A DNA stretch of 64,000 bases, taken from the NCBI GenBank assembly GCA_963739455.1, contig CAVUAK010000001.1:1152001-1216000 (forward strand), in the 5' to 3' direction. Numbering within the stretch: position 1 is the first letter of the stretch; each line of letters starts with the position of its first letter. This document shows, piece after piece, positions 43,008 to 53,782 of this stretch. The notes under the pieces are model-generated. The model searched no databases. It was not told the DNA's origin and saw only the letters and a program-made list of their open reading frames with translations. A program made the position numbers and the translations under genes. The stretch is from an uncultured Gemmatimonadales bacterium. Its GTDB lineage: Bacteria; Gemmatimonadota; Gemmatimonadetes; Gemmatimonadales; GWC2-71-9.

Positions 43008-43928
43008 CTACCGACTCGTCCCTGAGATGCCGCCCGGCGCTGCGGGGTTTACGTCCACCTCCGGCTGCTTGACCAGTGAGATCTGCCCGCGGAAGGTCCG
43101 CGCGGTGATGGCGGCACCGCCATCGCCGATGGTAGTGCGCACGGTGCCGCTCGGTCCCGGCTTTCCCCGCAGCGTGAACTCACTCTTGATACCGCCGGCA
43201 GGTGCACTGAGCTCGAGATCAGCACCGAGCGCTGGCGGCAGCCGAAGCTCGATGTTGCCGCTGTGCGTCTGGGCGTCGAGTGTGCCGCCGCGATCAATGG
43301 TGCCCTTCCAGGCAATCTCGCCGGACACCGTTTCCAGCCGGGCGCGCGCAACGCGCGCACCGCCGATGAGGATGGCGCCGCTCACCGTGCTTGCGGTGAG
43401 GTCGCCCCGCACGCCGCGAAGGACGATGGTTCCTCCCGCCGTTCGCACGCGCAGGGACGCTGCGGGCCCGGCCACCTCCACATTGCCATCGAGGGTTTCC
43501 GCCGTGACCGTTCGCGGGGCGCCCTCGAGGTGCAGCCGGCCGGTCGTGGTGATGAAATCGAGGTCACCCTCGAGGCCGTCAGCATCGAGGCTCACCGTGG
43601 CGCCACGCACGCTGACGCGGGCGTGCCGGGGCACGCGCACCTCGAGCGTTGCGCTGATCACTGCCGTCGCGGTATCGGTGCCCTCGAGGCCGAGCTTCGC
43701 CGCATCGCGGGAACCGCCGAAGTAGAGCTGCCCGGCCCGCGCCGGCAGTTCGCCCACCACCACCAGGCTGTCCCGGTCCCACCCGACCAGTCGCACCATG
43801 CCGACGAGATCATTGATGCGGATGGATGCCGTACTGCTCACGGCCATGCGGCGATCGATGCGCTGCTGCGCCACGAGCTGGGTGGGGAGCAGCAGGATGA
43901 GCAGCAGGGCGACGGGGCGCATCATCAT
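43008..43928 (-). CDS. DUF4097-like (putative adhesin) beta-strand repeat protein
   Basis: Signal peptide; repeats TVSG.I, THSGNIELRLP, RTFRGQI; GAGGAG RBS. Confidence 0.78.
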   Translation of the reverse strand: MMMRPVALLLILLLPTQLVAQQRIDRRMAVSSTASIRINDLVGMVRLVGWDRDSLVVVGELPARAGQLYFGGSRDAAKLGLEGTDTATAVISATLEVRVPRHARVSVRGATVSLDADGLEGDLDFITTTGRLHLEGAPRTVTAETLDGNVEVAGPAASLRVRTAGGTIVLRGVRGDLTASTVSGAILIGGARVARARLETVSGEIAWKGTIDRGGTLDAQTHSGNIELRLPPALGADLELSAPAGGIKSEFTLRGKPGPSGTVRTTIGDGGAAITARTFRGQISLVKQPEVDVNPAAPGGISGTSR

Positions 43929-43932
43929 CTCC

Positions 43933-44433
43933 TCAGGAGCGGGGCAGGCGGGCCGCCTGCTGCAGGAATTCGACGCGCTGGCGGTACGCGGCACGCACGA
44001 GCCCGGCGAGCACCGGGCTGCCAGGGTCAGCGTCGAGCGCGCGCTGCGACTCGGCAATTGCCGAGTCGATGACGACCAGGTTGCGCGCCAGCACGGCGCG
44101 CGTTTCCGGGGCGAGGTTCGCGGTTCCGAGTCCCTCCTGCATCATGTCGCCGGCCCGCGCGAGGCGGGCGAGCCCTGCGCGGTCGACCGGTGCGGTCGCG
44201 ACCAGCGCCGGGCCCGATCGCTGCACCATGAACCACGTCACCGCTGATGAAGCGACGATGAGCGCGATCGCGGCCGCCAGCTGGAGCAGCACAGGGCGCG
44301 CGCGCGACGTCCCGCGGGGAGCGAGCCGGGCCGCGATGGGCGGCCAGAGATCGCGCGGCGGCTCGATGCTGCGCGGCAGGTCGCTGATGTGCGACTGCAG
44401 GAACGCCTCGTCGTCGGGTCGTTGTCCGGTCAT
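43933..44433 (-). CDS. Putative anti-sigma factor
   Basis: LPRSIEPPRDLWP.I..R, a single TM segment, NL.VIDSAI.E...AL..DP; directly downstream of the ECF sigma gene. Confidence 0.7.
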   Translation of the reverse strand: MTGQRPDDEAFLQSHISDLPRSIEPPRDLWPPIAARLAPRGTSRARPVLLQLAAAIALIVASSAVTWFMVQRSGPALVATAPVDRAGLARLARAGDMMQEGLGTANLAPETRAVLARNLVVIDSAIAESQRALDADPGSPVLAGLVRAAYRQRVEFLQQAARLPRS

Positions 44434-44990
44434 CGGTCCAGGGCCTTGCGCAGGAGACGGCGAGCCCGGAAGAGCTGCGCCTTCGATGTGCCTTCCGCGA
44501 TGCCGGTCAAGCCGGCGATCTCGGCGTGTCCATATCCCTCGATGTCGTGCAGCACGAAAACGGCCCGGGCACCGGGAGGGAGCTGTGCCATCGCCGCCTC
44601 GAGGTCCATGCGGATGCCGGGGTCGGTCGCCAGCTTTGGTGTCTCGAGCATCTCGGGTTCCTCCACGACGGTGACTCGCAGGTCCCGTCGCCACTCGGCT
44701 CGTCGATGCGCCAGCACGACGTTCACCGCGAGACGATGCAGCCAGGTACCGAACGCGCTCTCGTGCCGGAACCCCGGAAGCCGGTCCCACGCGCGGACAA
44801 AGACGTCCTGGGTCCGCTCCGCGGCGGCGGCCGGGTCGCCCTCGAGCCTGAGGCACACGGCATGGATGCGCCCCACATGCGCCCGGTACAGCGCCGCAAA
44901 GGCATCGGCATCGCCCGCCTGGGCGCGGCGGACCTCCAGGCTCAGCGCGCTGGCGTCCACGATCCTGGCTTGTTCGCGGTCATTGGGCAC
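44430..44990 (-). CDS. ECF RNA polymerase sigma factor
   Basis: QDVFVRAW, SAFGTWLHRLAVN, LPPGARAVFVLHDIEGY.H.EIA, GTSKAQLFRAR. Confidence 0.93.
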   Translation of the reverse strand: MPNDREQARIVDASALSLEVRRAQAGDADAFAALYRAHVGRIHAVCLRLEGDPAAAAERTQDVFVRAWDRLPGFRHESAFGTWLHRLAVNVVLAHRRAEWRRDLRVTVVEEPEMLETPKLATDPGIRMDLEAAMAQLPPGARAVFVLHDIEGYGHAEIAGLTGIAEGTSKAQLFRARRLLRKALDR

Positions 44991-45071
44991 TGGTCCTTCG
45001 ATGCCGCCGGGGCCATGGTGGTTTGAAACGACATTGGCATGCCCCGGCCCGGCGCGATAGCTTCAACCCCC

Positions 45072-46121
45072 ATGTCATACCTCGCCGATCGTCAGCAGCG
45101 TGCCGCGCTCCTCATCTTCATACTGGGTGCCGGGCTGCTCTGGGCCACCTGGCCCTACTTCAGCGGGTTGCTGGGCGCGCCGGTGCTCTATGTCATCTTC
45201 GGCGGCCTGCACCGAAAGCTGGCTGCGAAGATTGGCCCGTCGAGCGCGGCCATCGTGGTGATCCTCATTTCCTTCCTGGTCATCTTCCTTCCCGTCGTGG
45301 GCGCGGTCGGCCTCCTGGCCTCGGAGGCGCAGGGGTGGGCCGTCGCCATCAAGGACAGCACCCTGCTCGCGCGCCTCTCCGAGCTGCAGGTCGGGGACAT
45401 CCACGTTGGCGAGGAGCTCAAGCGCGTGAGCTCCAGCGCCGTGTCGTGGCTCGGGGGGAGCGCCTTCAGCCTGGTGGGAAGCGGCGCCAAGCTCCTCATC
45501 CAGTTCACGCTGACGTTCTTCGGGCTGTTCTACCTGCTGGTGCAGCCCGATGACGGCCGGAAGATGCTGGAGTCCTTCATTCCGTTCTCGCCGGAGAACC
45601 GAGCGAAGCTGATCGAGGCCTTCAGGAACGTGACGGTCTCGATGCTTGTCGGCACGTTCGCGACTGCGCTGCTGCAGGGCATGGCGATGGGCCTGGCGTT
45701 CTGGGCGCTGGGCCTGTCGAGCCCGGCGTTCTGGGGCGTCGTCACGGTGATCTTCGCGATCCTGCCGCTGGTCGGAAGCGGCCTGATCTGGGCGCCGGCC
45801 TCGGTGTACCTCTTCCTGAACGGGCGGCCGGGCGCGGCGCTGCTGCTGGCGGTGGGTGGCGTCTTCGTCGTCGGCAACATCGATACGCTGGTCCGGCCGT
45901 TCGTTTTCCGTCGCTATGCCAAGATGCACCCGTTCATCACGGTGATCGGTGCCTTTGCCTTCGTCCCCATCGTCGGCCTGCTCGGACTGCTGGTCGGCCC
46001 GCTGGCCATCTCCTACTTCTTCGAGCTGGTGCGGATGTACCGGGGCGAGTACCTGCCCGAGACCGTCGACGCGTCATCACCCGGTCCGCTCGACCTGCCG
46101 GCGGCGGCGCCACAGGTATAG
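45072..46121 (+). CDS. AI-2E (PerM/YdiK) family transporter
   Basis: FYLL, TALLQG, ILPLVGSGLIWAP, DTLVRP, GLLGLLVGP. Confidence 0.88.
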   Translation: MSYLADRQQRAALLIFILGAGLLWATWPYFSGLLGAPVLYVIFGGLHRKLAAKIGPSSAAIVVILISFLVIFLPVVGAVGLLASEAQGWAVAIKDSTLLARLSELQVGDIHVGEELKRVSSSAVSWLGGSAFSLVGSGAKLLIQFTLTFFGLFYLLVQPDDGRKMLESFIPFSPENRAKLIEAFRNVTVSMLVGTFATALLQGMAMGLAFWALGLSSPAFWGVVTVIFAILPLVGSGLIWAPASVYLFLNGRPGAALLLAVGGVFVVGNIDTLVRPFVFRRYAKMHPFITVIGAFAFVPIVGLLGLLVGPLAISYFFELVRMYRGEYLPETVDASSPGPLDLPAAAPQV

Positions 46122-47414
46122 CGGCACGCCGAGCAGGATGAGCGCGGCTGCCGCGCAGGGCGTTGGCCGGGCTGGCGATGATCGAGCCGGCCAACGACGT
46201 AGGCCGCCGCCGCGCAGAACAGCATCACCGAGAGTTTCCAGGCCGGAGTGACGAACTCCGGCCTTGCCGTGCCTGCCAGTGCATCCTGCCGCCGGAAGTA
46301 GAACAATGTCGCGGCCGTCAAACCGAAGAAAATCCAGTCGCCGAAGACGACGTAGTCGAGCAGCTCTCCGTAGGTGTCCGAGAGCACGAGCACTGCCGCC
46401 CAGGCGCCCTGCGCCACCAGTGCGAGGACCGGGGTGCGGAAGCGGGGATTCAGCCGTGCGAAGGCGTCGAAGAAGAGCCCGTCGCGAGCCATGGCCTGGT
46501 AGACGCGGGCGTTGGCGCAGATGGCGAGGTTGAGGAACCCGAAGGTCGAGAGCGCAATGCCAACTGCAATGAAGGTGCGACCGGCCGGCCCGAGGAAGAT
46601 CTGCATGGTGTCGGCCGCCGGGGCGGTGCTGTCCGCCAGGCCCGCCAACGCCGAGTGCCCTCAGGTAGACGAGATTGGCCAGCAGGTACACCACGACCAC
46701 GATGCCGACGCCCCACAGCAGCGCGCGCGGAAGGTTGCGCGGCGCGTCGACCATTTCCTCCGCCACGAAGTTCGTCTGCTGCCATCCGCCATACGCGAAG
46801 AGCACCGGCACCAGCGCGCCCGCGAGTGCCACCGTGGCGCTACCCCTGGCGAGCGGGAGCATCACCGGCGTGGGCAGTGAGCCCTTCCCCAGCATCGCAG
46901 CGAGACCGGCGAGGATGAGCAAACCCAGGGCGGCCAGCTTGAGGATGGTGAACAGGGCGGTCATCACTGCGCTTGGCTTGACGCCCAGGATGTTGATGGC
47001 GGTGAGGAGCACGATGGCCCCGAGCGCCATTGGAGTGATGACCGTGGCGGGCAGCCCCACCACGGCGCCGGCGTAGCTCGCAAAGGTCATCGCCACCGCG
47101 GCGATGGCGCCGGTCGCGATGATGAGCAGGAGGGTCCACGCGTAGAGGAACGCGGGGAGGGGACCGAAGGCGTCGCGGAGATAGGCGTAGCCGCCGCCGG
47201 CTTCCGGTCTCCGTCCGCCGAGCTCGGCGTAGATGAAGGCACCCAGGATCGCCACGGCCCCGCCCACGAGCCATGCGGACATCGTCAGCCCAGCCGTGCC
47301 GGCTCGCTGCGCCACCACCGCCGGGTTGAGGAAGATCCCCGAGCCGATGATGCCGCCCACCACCATCATCGTGCCCTCGAACACGCCGATGCGCCGCGCG
47401 TAGGTCGTCGTCAT
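46077..47414 (-). CDS. APC-family amino acid permease; frameshifted
   Basis: GGIIGSGIF, YAELG...PEAGGGYAYL, FAYGGW, EE..DAPRNLP, ARVYQAMARDG, YVVFGDWIF. Confidence 0.88.
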   Translation of the reverse strand: MTTTYARRIGVFEGTMMVVGGIIGSGIFLNPAVVAQRAGTAGLTMSAWLVGGAVAILGAFIYAELGGRRPEAGGGYAYLRDAFGPLPAFLYAWTLLLIIATGAIAAVAMTFASYAGAVVGLPATVITPMALGAIVLLTAINILGVKPSAVMTALFTILKLAALGLLILAGLAAMLGKGSLPTPVMLPLARGSATVALAGALVPVLFAYGGWQQTNFVAEEMVDAPRNLPRALLWGVGIVVVVYLLANLVYLRALGVGGPGGQHRPGGRHHADLPRAGRSHLHCSWHCALDLRVPQPRHLRQRPRLPGHGSRRALLRRLRTAESPLPHPGPRTGGAGRLGGSARALGHLRRAARLRRLRRLDFLRFDGRDIVLLPAAGCTGRHGKAGVRHSGLETLGDAVLRGGGLRRWPARSSPARPTPCAAAALILLGVPLYLWRRRRQVERTG

Positions 47415-47430
47415 GAGCCCCAATCTAGGC

Positions 47431-47465
47431 AAAAAAACAGCGGGGAGTCCGAAGACTCCCCGCTG
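47431..47465 (-). terminator. Rho-independent terminator of ompA
   Basis: Minus strand CAGCGGGGAGTC-TTCG-GACTCCCCGCTG followed by T7. Confidence 0.92.
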
Positions 47466-47489
47466 GTACTGCCGTTCAACCGCCCGCGC

Positions 47490-48938
47490 CTAGTTCTGCG
47501 GGATCGGGGGCGGTCCCTCTTCCGTCGGTCCACCGAACAGCGACACACGGCGGTTCAACGTACGACCATCCGCCGTCTTGTTCGTGGCAACCGGCTTCGT
47601 CGGGCCATAGCCCTTCGCCTCGAGCCGGTCGGCCGGGACACCCTTGGTGATCAAGAACGCCTTGACCGCCTGGGCCCGACGATCCGAGAGCTTCATGTTG
47701 TACGCCAGCGACCCGGTGCTGTCGGTGTGGCCCTGCACCCAGATCTTGTAGTCTGGCGGCAGGCTCGGCATGATCGTGTTGATCTTGATCGCCGCATCCG
47801 TCAGCGCAACCTTCGCCTCTGGCTTGAGCGTCGAGCTGCTCACCGCAAAGCTGCTGCCCTTGATGGTGAACGTCCCGCCGGTCTCCTCAAAGATGATCCG
47901 GCAGCCGACAGCGTCGACCTTGTTGCCAGGGTTCGTGGACGGGCAGCGGTCCTTGCAATCCGGCACGCCGTCGCCATCGGAATCCTTCTGGCAATCCGAG
48001 CAACCCTGCGCGTCGACCTTCTCGCCGGCCGGGGTGTTCGGGCACTTGTCGGCGGCGTTCGGCACGCCGTCCTTGTCGTCATCCAGCGGGCAGCCAGTCG
48101 CGTCGACCGGGGTGCCAGCAGGCGTGTTCGGGCACTTGTCGAGGGCGTTGTTCACGCCATCGCGGTCGTCGTCGAGCTGGGACTGCGAGCAGCCAACCGA
48201 GTTGACCGTCTCACCAGCCGGGGTGTTCGGGCACTGGTCGCGGTCGTTCGGCACGCCGTCCTTGTCGTCATCCAGCGGAATCGGACAGCCCTTGTCGTCA
48301 ACCTTGGTGCCCAGCGGGGTGTTCGGGCACTGATCGAGCTTGTCGATCACGCCGTCCTTGTCGGAGTCCTTCGGCTTCTCCTTCGGGAACATGAGGGAGA
48401 GACCAGCCTGAAGGCCCCAGTTACCGGCGTTATCTGGCGGGCCGGTGAATTCAGCCGGCGAGGTGACGTAATCGTAGGTGCCGTCGATACGCGCCTGGAG
48501 CACGCCGCCGACGCCGAAACGCAAGCCGACGAGGAACGCCGGGCCGATGCCGTCAGTGTGGCCAGGGATCGTGTCGTAGAACCCGCCGTAGCCGCTGTAC
48601 GCGACGCCAGCGCCGAGGATCAGCGCCATCGGCTTGAAGTTGATGTTGTACTCGAGGAAGCCACGACCCGAGAGCACGCCGACGTTCTCATCGAACGATG
48701 GCCCAAGCGAGTCGGTGGAGTTGGTCGGGATGTAGCTGACCTGGCCCTCGATCTCGAGGTTGCGGAGCAGGAAGAAGCCAAGCCGCCCGCCGAATCCAAT
48801 CTTGTTCTGGAGCTGGTACGCATCATCGAACCACGTTACGCGCCCAAAGGCACCGATTTCCACCGTGCCTGCTTTTTGGGCGGCGGCGGGTGCGGCCGCG
48901 ATAACCAGGGCCGCAGCAGACACGAACAGAGATCGCAT
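47490..48938 (-). CDS. OmpA/OprF-like protein: beta-barrel, thrombospondin type-3 repeats, peptidoglycan-binding domain
   Basis: Five DxDxDGV...DxCPxT...VDxxGC repeats; GHTDSTG, YNMKLS.RRA, NRRV. Confidence 0.92.
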   Translation of the reverse strand: MRSLFVSAAALVIAAAPAAAQKAGTVEIGAFGRVTWFDDAYQLQNKIGFGGRLGFFLLRNLEIEGQVSYIPTNSTDSLGPSFDENVGVLSGRGFLEYNINFKPMALILGAGVAYSGYGGFYDTIPGHTDGIGPAFLVGLRFGVGGVLQARIDGTYDYVTSPAEFTGPPDNAGNWGLQAGLSLMFPKEKPKDSDKDGVIDKLDQCPNTPLGTKVDDKGCPIPLDDDKDGVPNDRDQCPNTPAGETVNSVGCSQSQLDDDRDGVNNALDKCPNTPAGTPVDATGCPLDDDKDGVPNAADKCPNTPAGEKVDAQGCSDCQKDSDGDGVPDCKDRCPSTNPGNKVDAVGCRIIFEETGGTFTIKGSSFAVSSSTLKPEAKVALTDAAIKINTIMPSLPPDYKIWVQGHTDSTGSLAYNMKLSDRRAQAVKAFLITKGVPADRLEAKGYGPTKPVATNKTADGRTLNRRVSLFGGPTEEGPPPIPQN

Positions 48939-49124
48939 GGACACTCCGAGACTTGAGGGGAACGAAAAACGCCAAACCGCCGGCCGAGGCCGACGTCAGG
49001 TGGGGAAACTTACGTCTAGGCGCCAAAACGTCAATACAGCCACAACTTGAGTACCCATGGCCATGAAATATGTCTCACGAAGGGCTGCAACCGATTTCAC
49101 GGTTGAAACGTTGCGAACGAGGCC

Positions 49125-49164
49125 TTGACTTTCGATGAGGGCTAAATAGTTTAGTGCTCAAGTA
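49125..49164 (+). promoter_or_regulatory. Promoter and candidate MarR operator
   Basis: TTGACT-N16-TAGTTT overlapped by the imperfect palindrome TAGTTTAG-tg-CTCAAGTA. Confidence 0.5.
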
Positions 49165-49186
49165 ACTCAACGAGGCTCAGGAACCA

Positions 49187-49687
49187 ATGGCTGGATACGC
49201 TGGAACGTCCCAGGAGCGACTCGCACTCCGCACCTTCGTCAAGATGGTGCGGGCGGCGAACGGGCTCAGCGCCCGACTCAACCGTCCCCTCGCCGATGCA
49301 GGCCTGAGCGAGAGCCAGTTCGGGGTGCTCGAGGCGCTGCTGCACCTGGGGCCGCTTCACCAGCGCGAGCTGGCAGCCAAGATCCTCCGGACGCATGGCA
49401 ACGTGACGCTCGTGGTGGATCACCTGGAGAAGCGCGGCCTGGTCCGGCGTGAACGCGGTTCCACCGATCGCCGCTACATCCGGGTGCACCTCACACCCGA
49501 AGGCGAGTCACTGGTGCGTGGCCTCTTTCCGGCGCACGCCGCGAGGCTCGCGGAGGAAATGAGCGTGCTCAGCGAGGATGAGCAGCGCGAACTGGGACGG
49601 CTATGCCGGCGCCTGATGCGCCAGGCGACCGAACTGGTGACCAGCGGCGAGGTGCCGGCGGCGATGGATGAAGGCGAAGGCGAGTAG
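49187..49687 (+). CDS. MarR family regulator (MhqR-like)
   Basis: GLSESQFGVLEALLHLGPL, GNVTLVVDHLEKRGLV.R, DRR...VHLT.EG. Confidence 0.92.
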   Translation: MAGYAGTSQERLALRTFVKMVRAANGLSARLNRPLADAGLSESQFGVLEALLHLGPLHQRELAAKILRTHGNVTLVVDHLEKRGLVRRERGSTDRRYIRVHLTPEGESLVRGLFPAHAARLAEEMSVLSEDEQRELGRLCRRLMRQATELVTSGEVPAAMDEGEGE

Positions 49688-49725
49688 CAGGCGAACGGCA
49701 GCACACACCACGAAGGAGCAGGACA

Positions 49726-50675
49726 ATGACCGGCATACATCACGTCACCGCCATATCGAGCGATCCCGCGGCGACGGTGCGTTTCTACAGTGACACACTC
49801 GGGCTGCGGCTGGTGAAGCAGACGGTGAATTTCGATGACCCCGGCACCTTTCACCTCTACTTCGGGGACCGCACCGGCGCACCGGGATCGATCCTCACCT
49901 TCTTCCCGTTCCCTGATGGCATGCGGGGGCGCACCGGCACAGGCCAGGCGGCGGTGACCAGCCTCGCGATCCCGGTCGAGTCGATCGGCTGGTGGATCGA
50001 GCGTCTCGGTGCTCGCGGCCTGGCGGTGGAGACGCCGGTCGGACGATTCGACGAGCGCGTCATCGCGCTGCGCGATCCCGACGGGATGCTGCTCGAGCTG
50101 GTGGGCGCGGCGCGGTACGCCGACCTCGAGGGGTGGGCGCACGGAAGCGTTCCCGCCGAGCATGCCATCCGCGGTGTGCATGGGGTGACGCTGTGGACCG
50201 ACGGGCCGGCGACAGGAACCGAAGAGGTGCTGACCGGGCTGCTCGGCTTTGCGCCGAGCCGGCGAGGAGGGTGGCACGCGTCGCTTCAGGGGTGATTCAC
50301 CGCTCGGGAGCGTGGTCGACCTCCGCCGCACGGACGGTTTCTGGCGCGGCGTGGGCGGAGTGGGCACGGTGCATCACGTCGCGTTCCGCGCGGCTGATGA
50401 GGCACGGCAGCTCGAGGTGCGCGCGGCGGTCGAGGCGTCGGGGCTGCAGGTCACGCCGGTGGTCGATCGGCAGTACTTCAAGTCGGTGTACTTCCGTGAG
50501 CCGGGCGGCGTGCTGTTCGAGGTCGCGACCGATACCCCGGGATTCCTGTGGGATGAGGCCGAGCCGGAACTCGGCACATCGCTCAAGCTGCCCGTCATGG
50601 CTCGAGGCGCATCGTGAGGAAATCGTGCAGGCGCTGCCATCGCTGGAGAGTGCGGTCGGGGTGAGCCATGACTGA
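49726..50675 (+). CDS. Ring-cleaving dioxygenase, VOC family (MhqO-like); frameshifted
   Basis: GIHHVTAI, LVKQTVNFDDP.TFHLYFG, VHHVAFR, DRQYFKSVYFREPGGVLFEVATD.PGF. Confidence 0.92.
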
Positions 50676-51347
50676 TGCGCTGAAGCTGGTTCATCGGTTC
50701 GAGCCGGGCAGCGCGGAGCTTCCGAGCGCTCCTGCTGCTGCACGGCACCGGTGGAGACGAGAACGACCTGCTCCCGCTCGGGCGGGCGCTGCTGCCGGGC
50801 GCCGCGCTGCTGAGCCCGCGCGGCGCCGTGCTCGAGCGGGGCCAGCCGCGGTTCTTCCGCCGGCTGGCCGAGGGCGTCTTCGATCTCGAGGACCTGCGTG
50901 TCCGGACGGCAGAACTGGCGACGTTCGTGCGTGACGCAGCGGCGACGTACACGCTCGATGCCAGGCGCATCGTGGCCGTCGGCTTCTCCAACGGAGCCAA
51001 CATCGCGGCGAGCCTCATGCTGGCAGACACTGGTGTGCTGGCCGGAGCCGTGCTGTTCCGGCCGATGGTGCCATTCGAGCCGGAGGCACGGCCGAACCTT
51101 CAGGGCGTACCGGTGCTCATCTCGGCGGGACGCGCCGACCCGATCGTGCCGTCGGCACTGGTCGAGCGGCTCGGAGTACTACTTGGAGGAGGGCGGCGCC
51201 GCGGTGGAGCTGCTGTGGCAGCCCGGCGGTCATGGACTGACGAAGGGTGACGTGGAGGCTGCGTCTGCGTTCCTGCATGAGCACGCCGCCGATTTCGGCA
51301 TTTCTTCGCTAACGGGCGACGCGGCTCCGGGACATCTAGACAGGTAA
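50668..51347 (+). CDS. Phospholipase/carboxylesterase (MhqD-like); frameshifted
   Basis: LLLHGTGGDE.DL, RFFRRLAEGVFD, GFSNGANIA, GGHGL. Confidence 0.9.
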
Positions 51348-51366
51348 CTGCAAAGGGGAAACTCCT

Positions 51367-51673
51367 ATGTCGCTGGTCGCCCTCGAGCTTGATCGCCAGG
51401 TCCGCGCCGATCGCCTGGTTCAGGAGATCGCCGCCCGTCATGGTCTTCCCCCCATTCACAGCATTGCTCGCCACTCCGGTCCCGACGGACCGCTTCCTCG
51501 TGGCCTATGTGCCTGATGTCGGTGGCATCGCCGGAACGCCGCACGCGGTGGAGTACGCCTTCGCGTCGTCGATGCAGGCTTCGATCGAGGAGTTGCGGCG
51601 GGTGGTGACGGAATCGCCGGGGGGCGCGGGGTCGGCGGCGTATGTACACGACCTGGATGGTGGGATGGACTAG
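51367..51673 (+). CDS. Small hypothetical protein; frameshift in a C homopolymer
   Basis: AAGGGG RBS, then MSLVALELDRQVRADRLVQEIAARHGL joins ORF 51389..51673. Confidence 0.45.
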
Positions 51674-51739
51674 CGGCGCCCTCGCTTCGCCCAGGATGTC
51701 GAGTGGCACTCAAGCCAGACCGGCGCATTACCATTGGTA

Positions 51740-52662
51740 ATGCGCCGCTTCTTTTTTCCTTCTGCTCATCATGTCGATGGTGCTCGCCGTCCCGGCGCTC
51801 GGGCCAGGGTGCTCAGCCGACATCACTCGTGGAGCGGTTCGCCGCGTTCAGCGCGGTGACGGGGTTCGAGCAGGCGGTGGTCGATACCCTGTTGCGCGAG
51901 TTGCTTCCCGGGGCGATCCGCGATCGATCCGGCAGCGCGGTGCTGGTGCTCGGGTCTGGTACGCCCCGACGCCTCGTCGCCTGTCCGCTGGACGAGCCCG
52001 GCTGGGTCGTTGGCAGTGTGCAGTCCGATGGCTACCTCACGCTCCGTCGCGCACCGGGCCGGTTGCCGTCTCCACTCTTCGACCAGCAGCTCGAGGGACA
52101 TCGCATCACGTTGTTCGGGCGCTGGGGGCCGGTCCCCGGCGTCGTCGCCGTCCGCTCGGTGCACCTCACCCGGGGGCGCGACTCGGGTGCGGACGATCCC
52201 TTCAGCGTCGATGACGCGCGGGTCGACGTCGGTGCGTCGAGCCTGACGAGTGCGCGGGCGCTGGGTGTCGACGTGCTCACGCCGGTCACGCTGGCGAAGA
52301 AGCCGCTGCGCTACGGCACGGACCTGCTTGCGGCACCGATGGCGGGGCGCCGCGCCGCATGCGCTGCGCTGGTACTCGCGGCGCGTGAGACGAAGCCGGC
52401 GATCGGGCACGGTCGTGGTGGCATTCGTCACCGAGCAGAACCTGTCGCAGCGAGGCTTGCGCACGGTGCGACTGACGCAGGGACCGTTCACCGAGGAACT
52501 GGTCATCGATGGCGGCGCCGGAGCGCCGGGGCTGCCGACTGAGGGAAGGAGGGATGGCTCCTCCCCGCGGCGAACGTGAGCACGCCGGTGGAGACGGTGT
52601 CGCTGGCTGGCGCGGATTCACTGCGAGCGCGGCTCGGTCGCTGGATCGCGGGGGCACCGTGA
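51740..52662 (+). CDS. Secreted M42-peptidase-like protein with degenerate metal ligands; frameshifted
   Basis: Signal peptide; AVTGFE, ACPLDEPG (vs AHxDEIG), ARVDVGA, AGRRAAC (vs DDRxG). Confidence 0.7.
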
Positions 52663-53749
52663 AGCGCCTGTTGATGGCGGCAATGCTCGTCCTGCCGGCC
52701 CGAGCGCCGTCGGCGCAACAACAGCCGCTCGCTGGATGACGTGCGCTCCGTGCTCGCGCCGTTGATCGAGACCTATGGCGTGTCGGGCATGGAAGGTCCC
52801 GGTGCGCGATGCGGTGAGCCGCATGCTGCCCGCATGGGCGAGCGCCACCACCGACAGTGCCGGCAACCTGATCGTGAGCGTCGGTGAGGGGGAACCGCTG
52901 GTGGTGTTCGTGGCGCATCTCGACGAGATCGGCTTTGTCATCACCGCAATCCGGGATGACGGCACACTCGAGCTCAAGCAGCGTGGCGGATTCTTCCTCT
53001 CGCTCTTCGAGGCCCAGCCCGCGCTGGTGCACACCGGTGACCGGAGCATCCCCGGCGTCTTCCTGCCGCGCGACTCTGCTCGGCGCATCCCCGCGCCGCA
53101 CACCGGCACCGTTCCGCGCCGACGTCGGCGCGGGCTCACGCGCCGGCGTGGAGGCGATGGGGATCCGCGTCGGTCACACGCTCACCATGCCCAAGCAGTT
53201 CGTGCCGCTCGCCGGCACGCGCGCCACCGGCCGCTCGTTCGACGACCGGGTCGGGCTGCACCGCCCAGATCCTGGCGCTGCGTCGACTCGACCCGAAGCG
53301 GCTGCATCATCGCGTCATCTTCGTGTGGAGCGTGCGGGAGGAGACGGGGCTCGAGGGCGCGCGTGTCGTTGCGGATGCACTCGGCCTCACGACGGCGCGC
53401 GTGCACGCGGTGGACACCTTCGTGTCGTCGGACTCGCCGCTCGAGATCAAGACCTTCGCCGATGTGCCGCTCGGCTCCGGCGCGGTGGCCCGCGCGCTGG
53501 ACAACAGCAGCGTCACGCCGCCGGCACTGGTGGACTCACTGGTGCACGTGGCGGTGCGCCGGAAGGTGCCACTGCAGGTGGGCACGACGAACGGTGGCAA
53601 CGATGGATCGGTCTTCGCGTCGTGGGGCGTGCCCGACGTGCCGCTCGTCGTGGCCGCTGCGCTATGCCCACTCTCCCGCCGAGGTGATCGACCTCAAGGA
53701 TGTGCAGGCGCTGGCCCAGCTCATCCAGGCGGTGGCGGAGGACTGGTAG
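52659..53749 (+). CDS. Secreted M42 family aminopeptidase; frameshifted
   Basis: GTGA-coupled start MKRLLMAAMLVLP...; GVSGME, AHLDEIG, FDDRVG, REETG, VDTF, RYAHSPAE. Confidence 0.85.
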
Positions 53750-53782
53750 CGCCGGGCCGGGCTCATGCTCCCGCAGCACTTC

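Noticed and set aside
47900..48365. DNA repeats inside ompA
   Set aside because: These are coding thrombospondin type-3 repeats, a known architecture.
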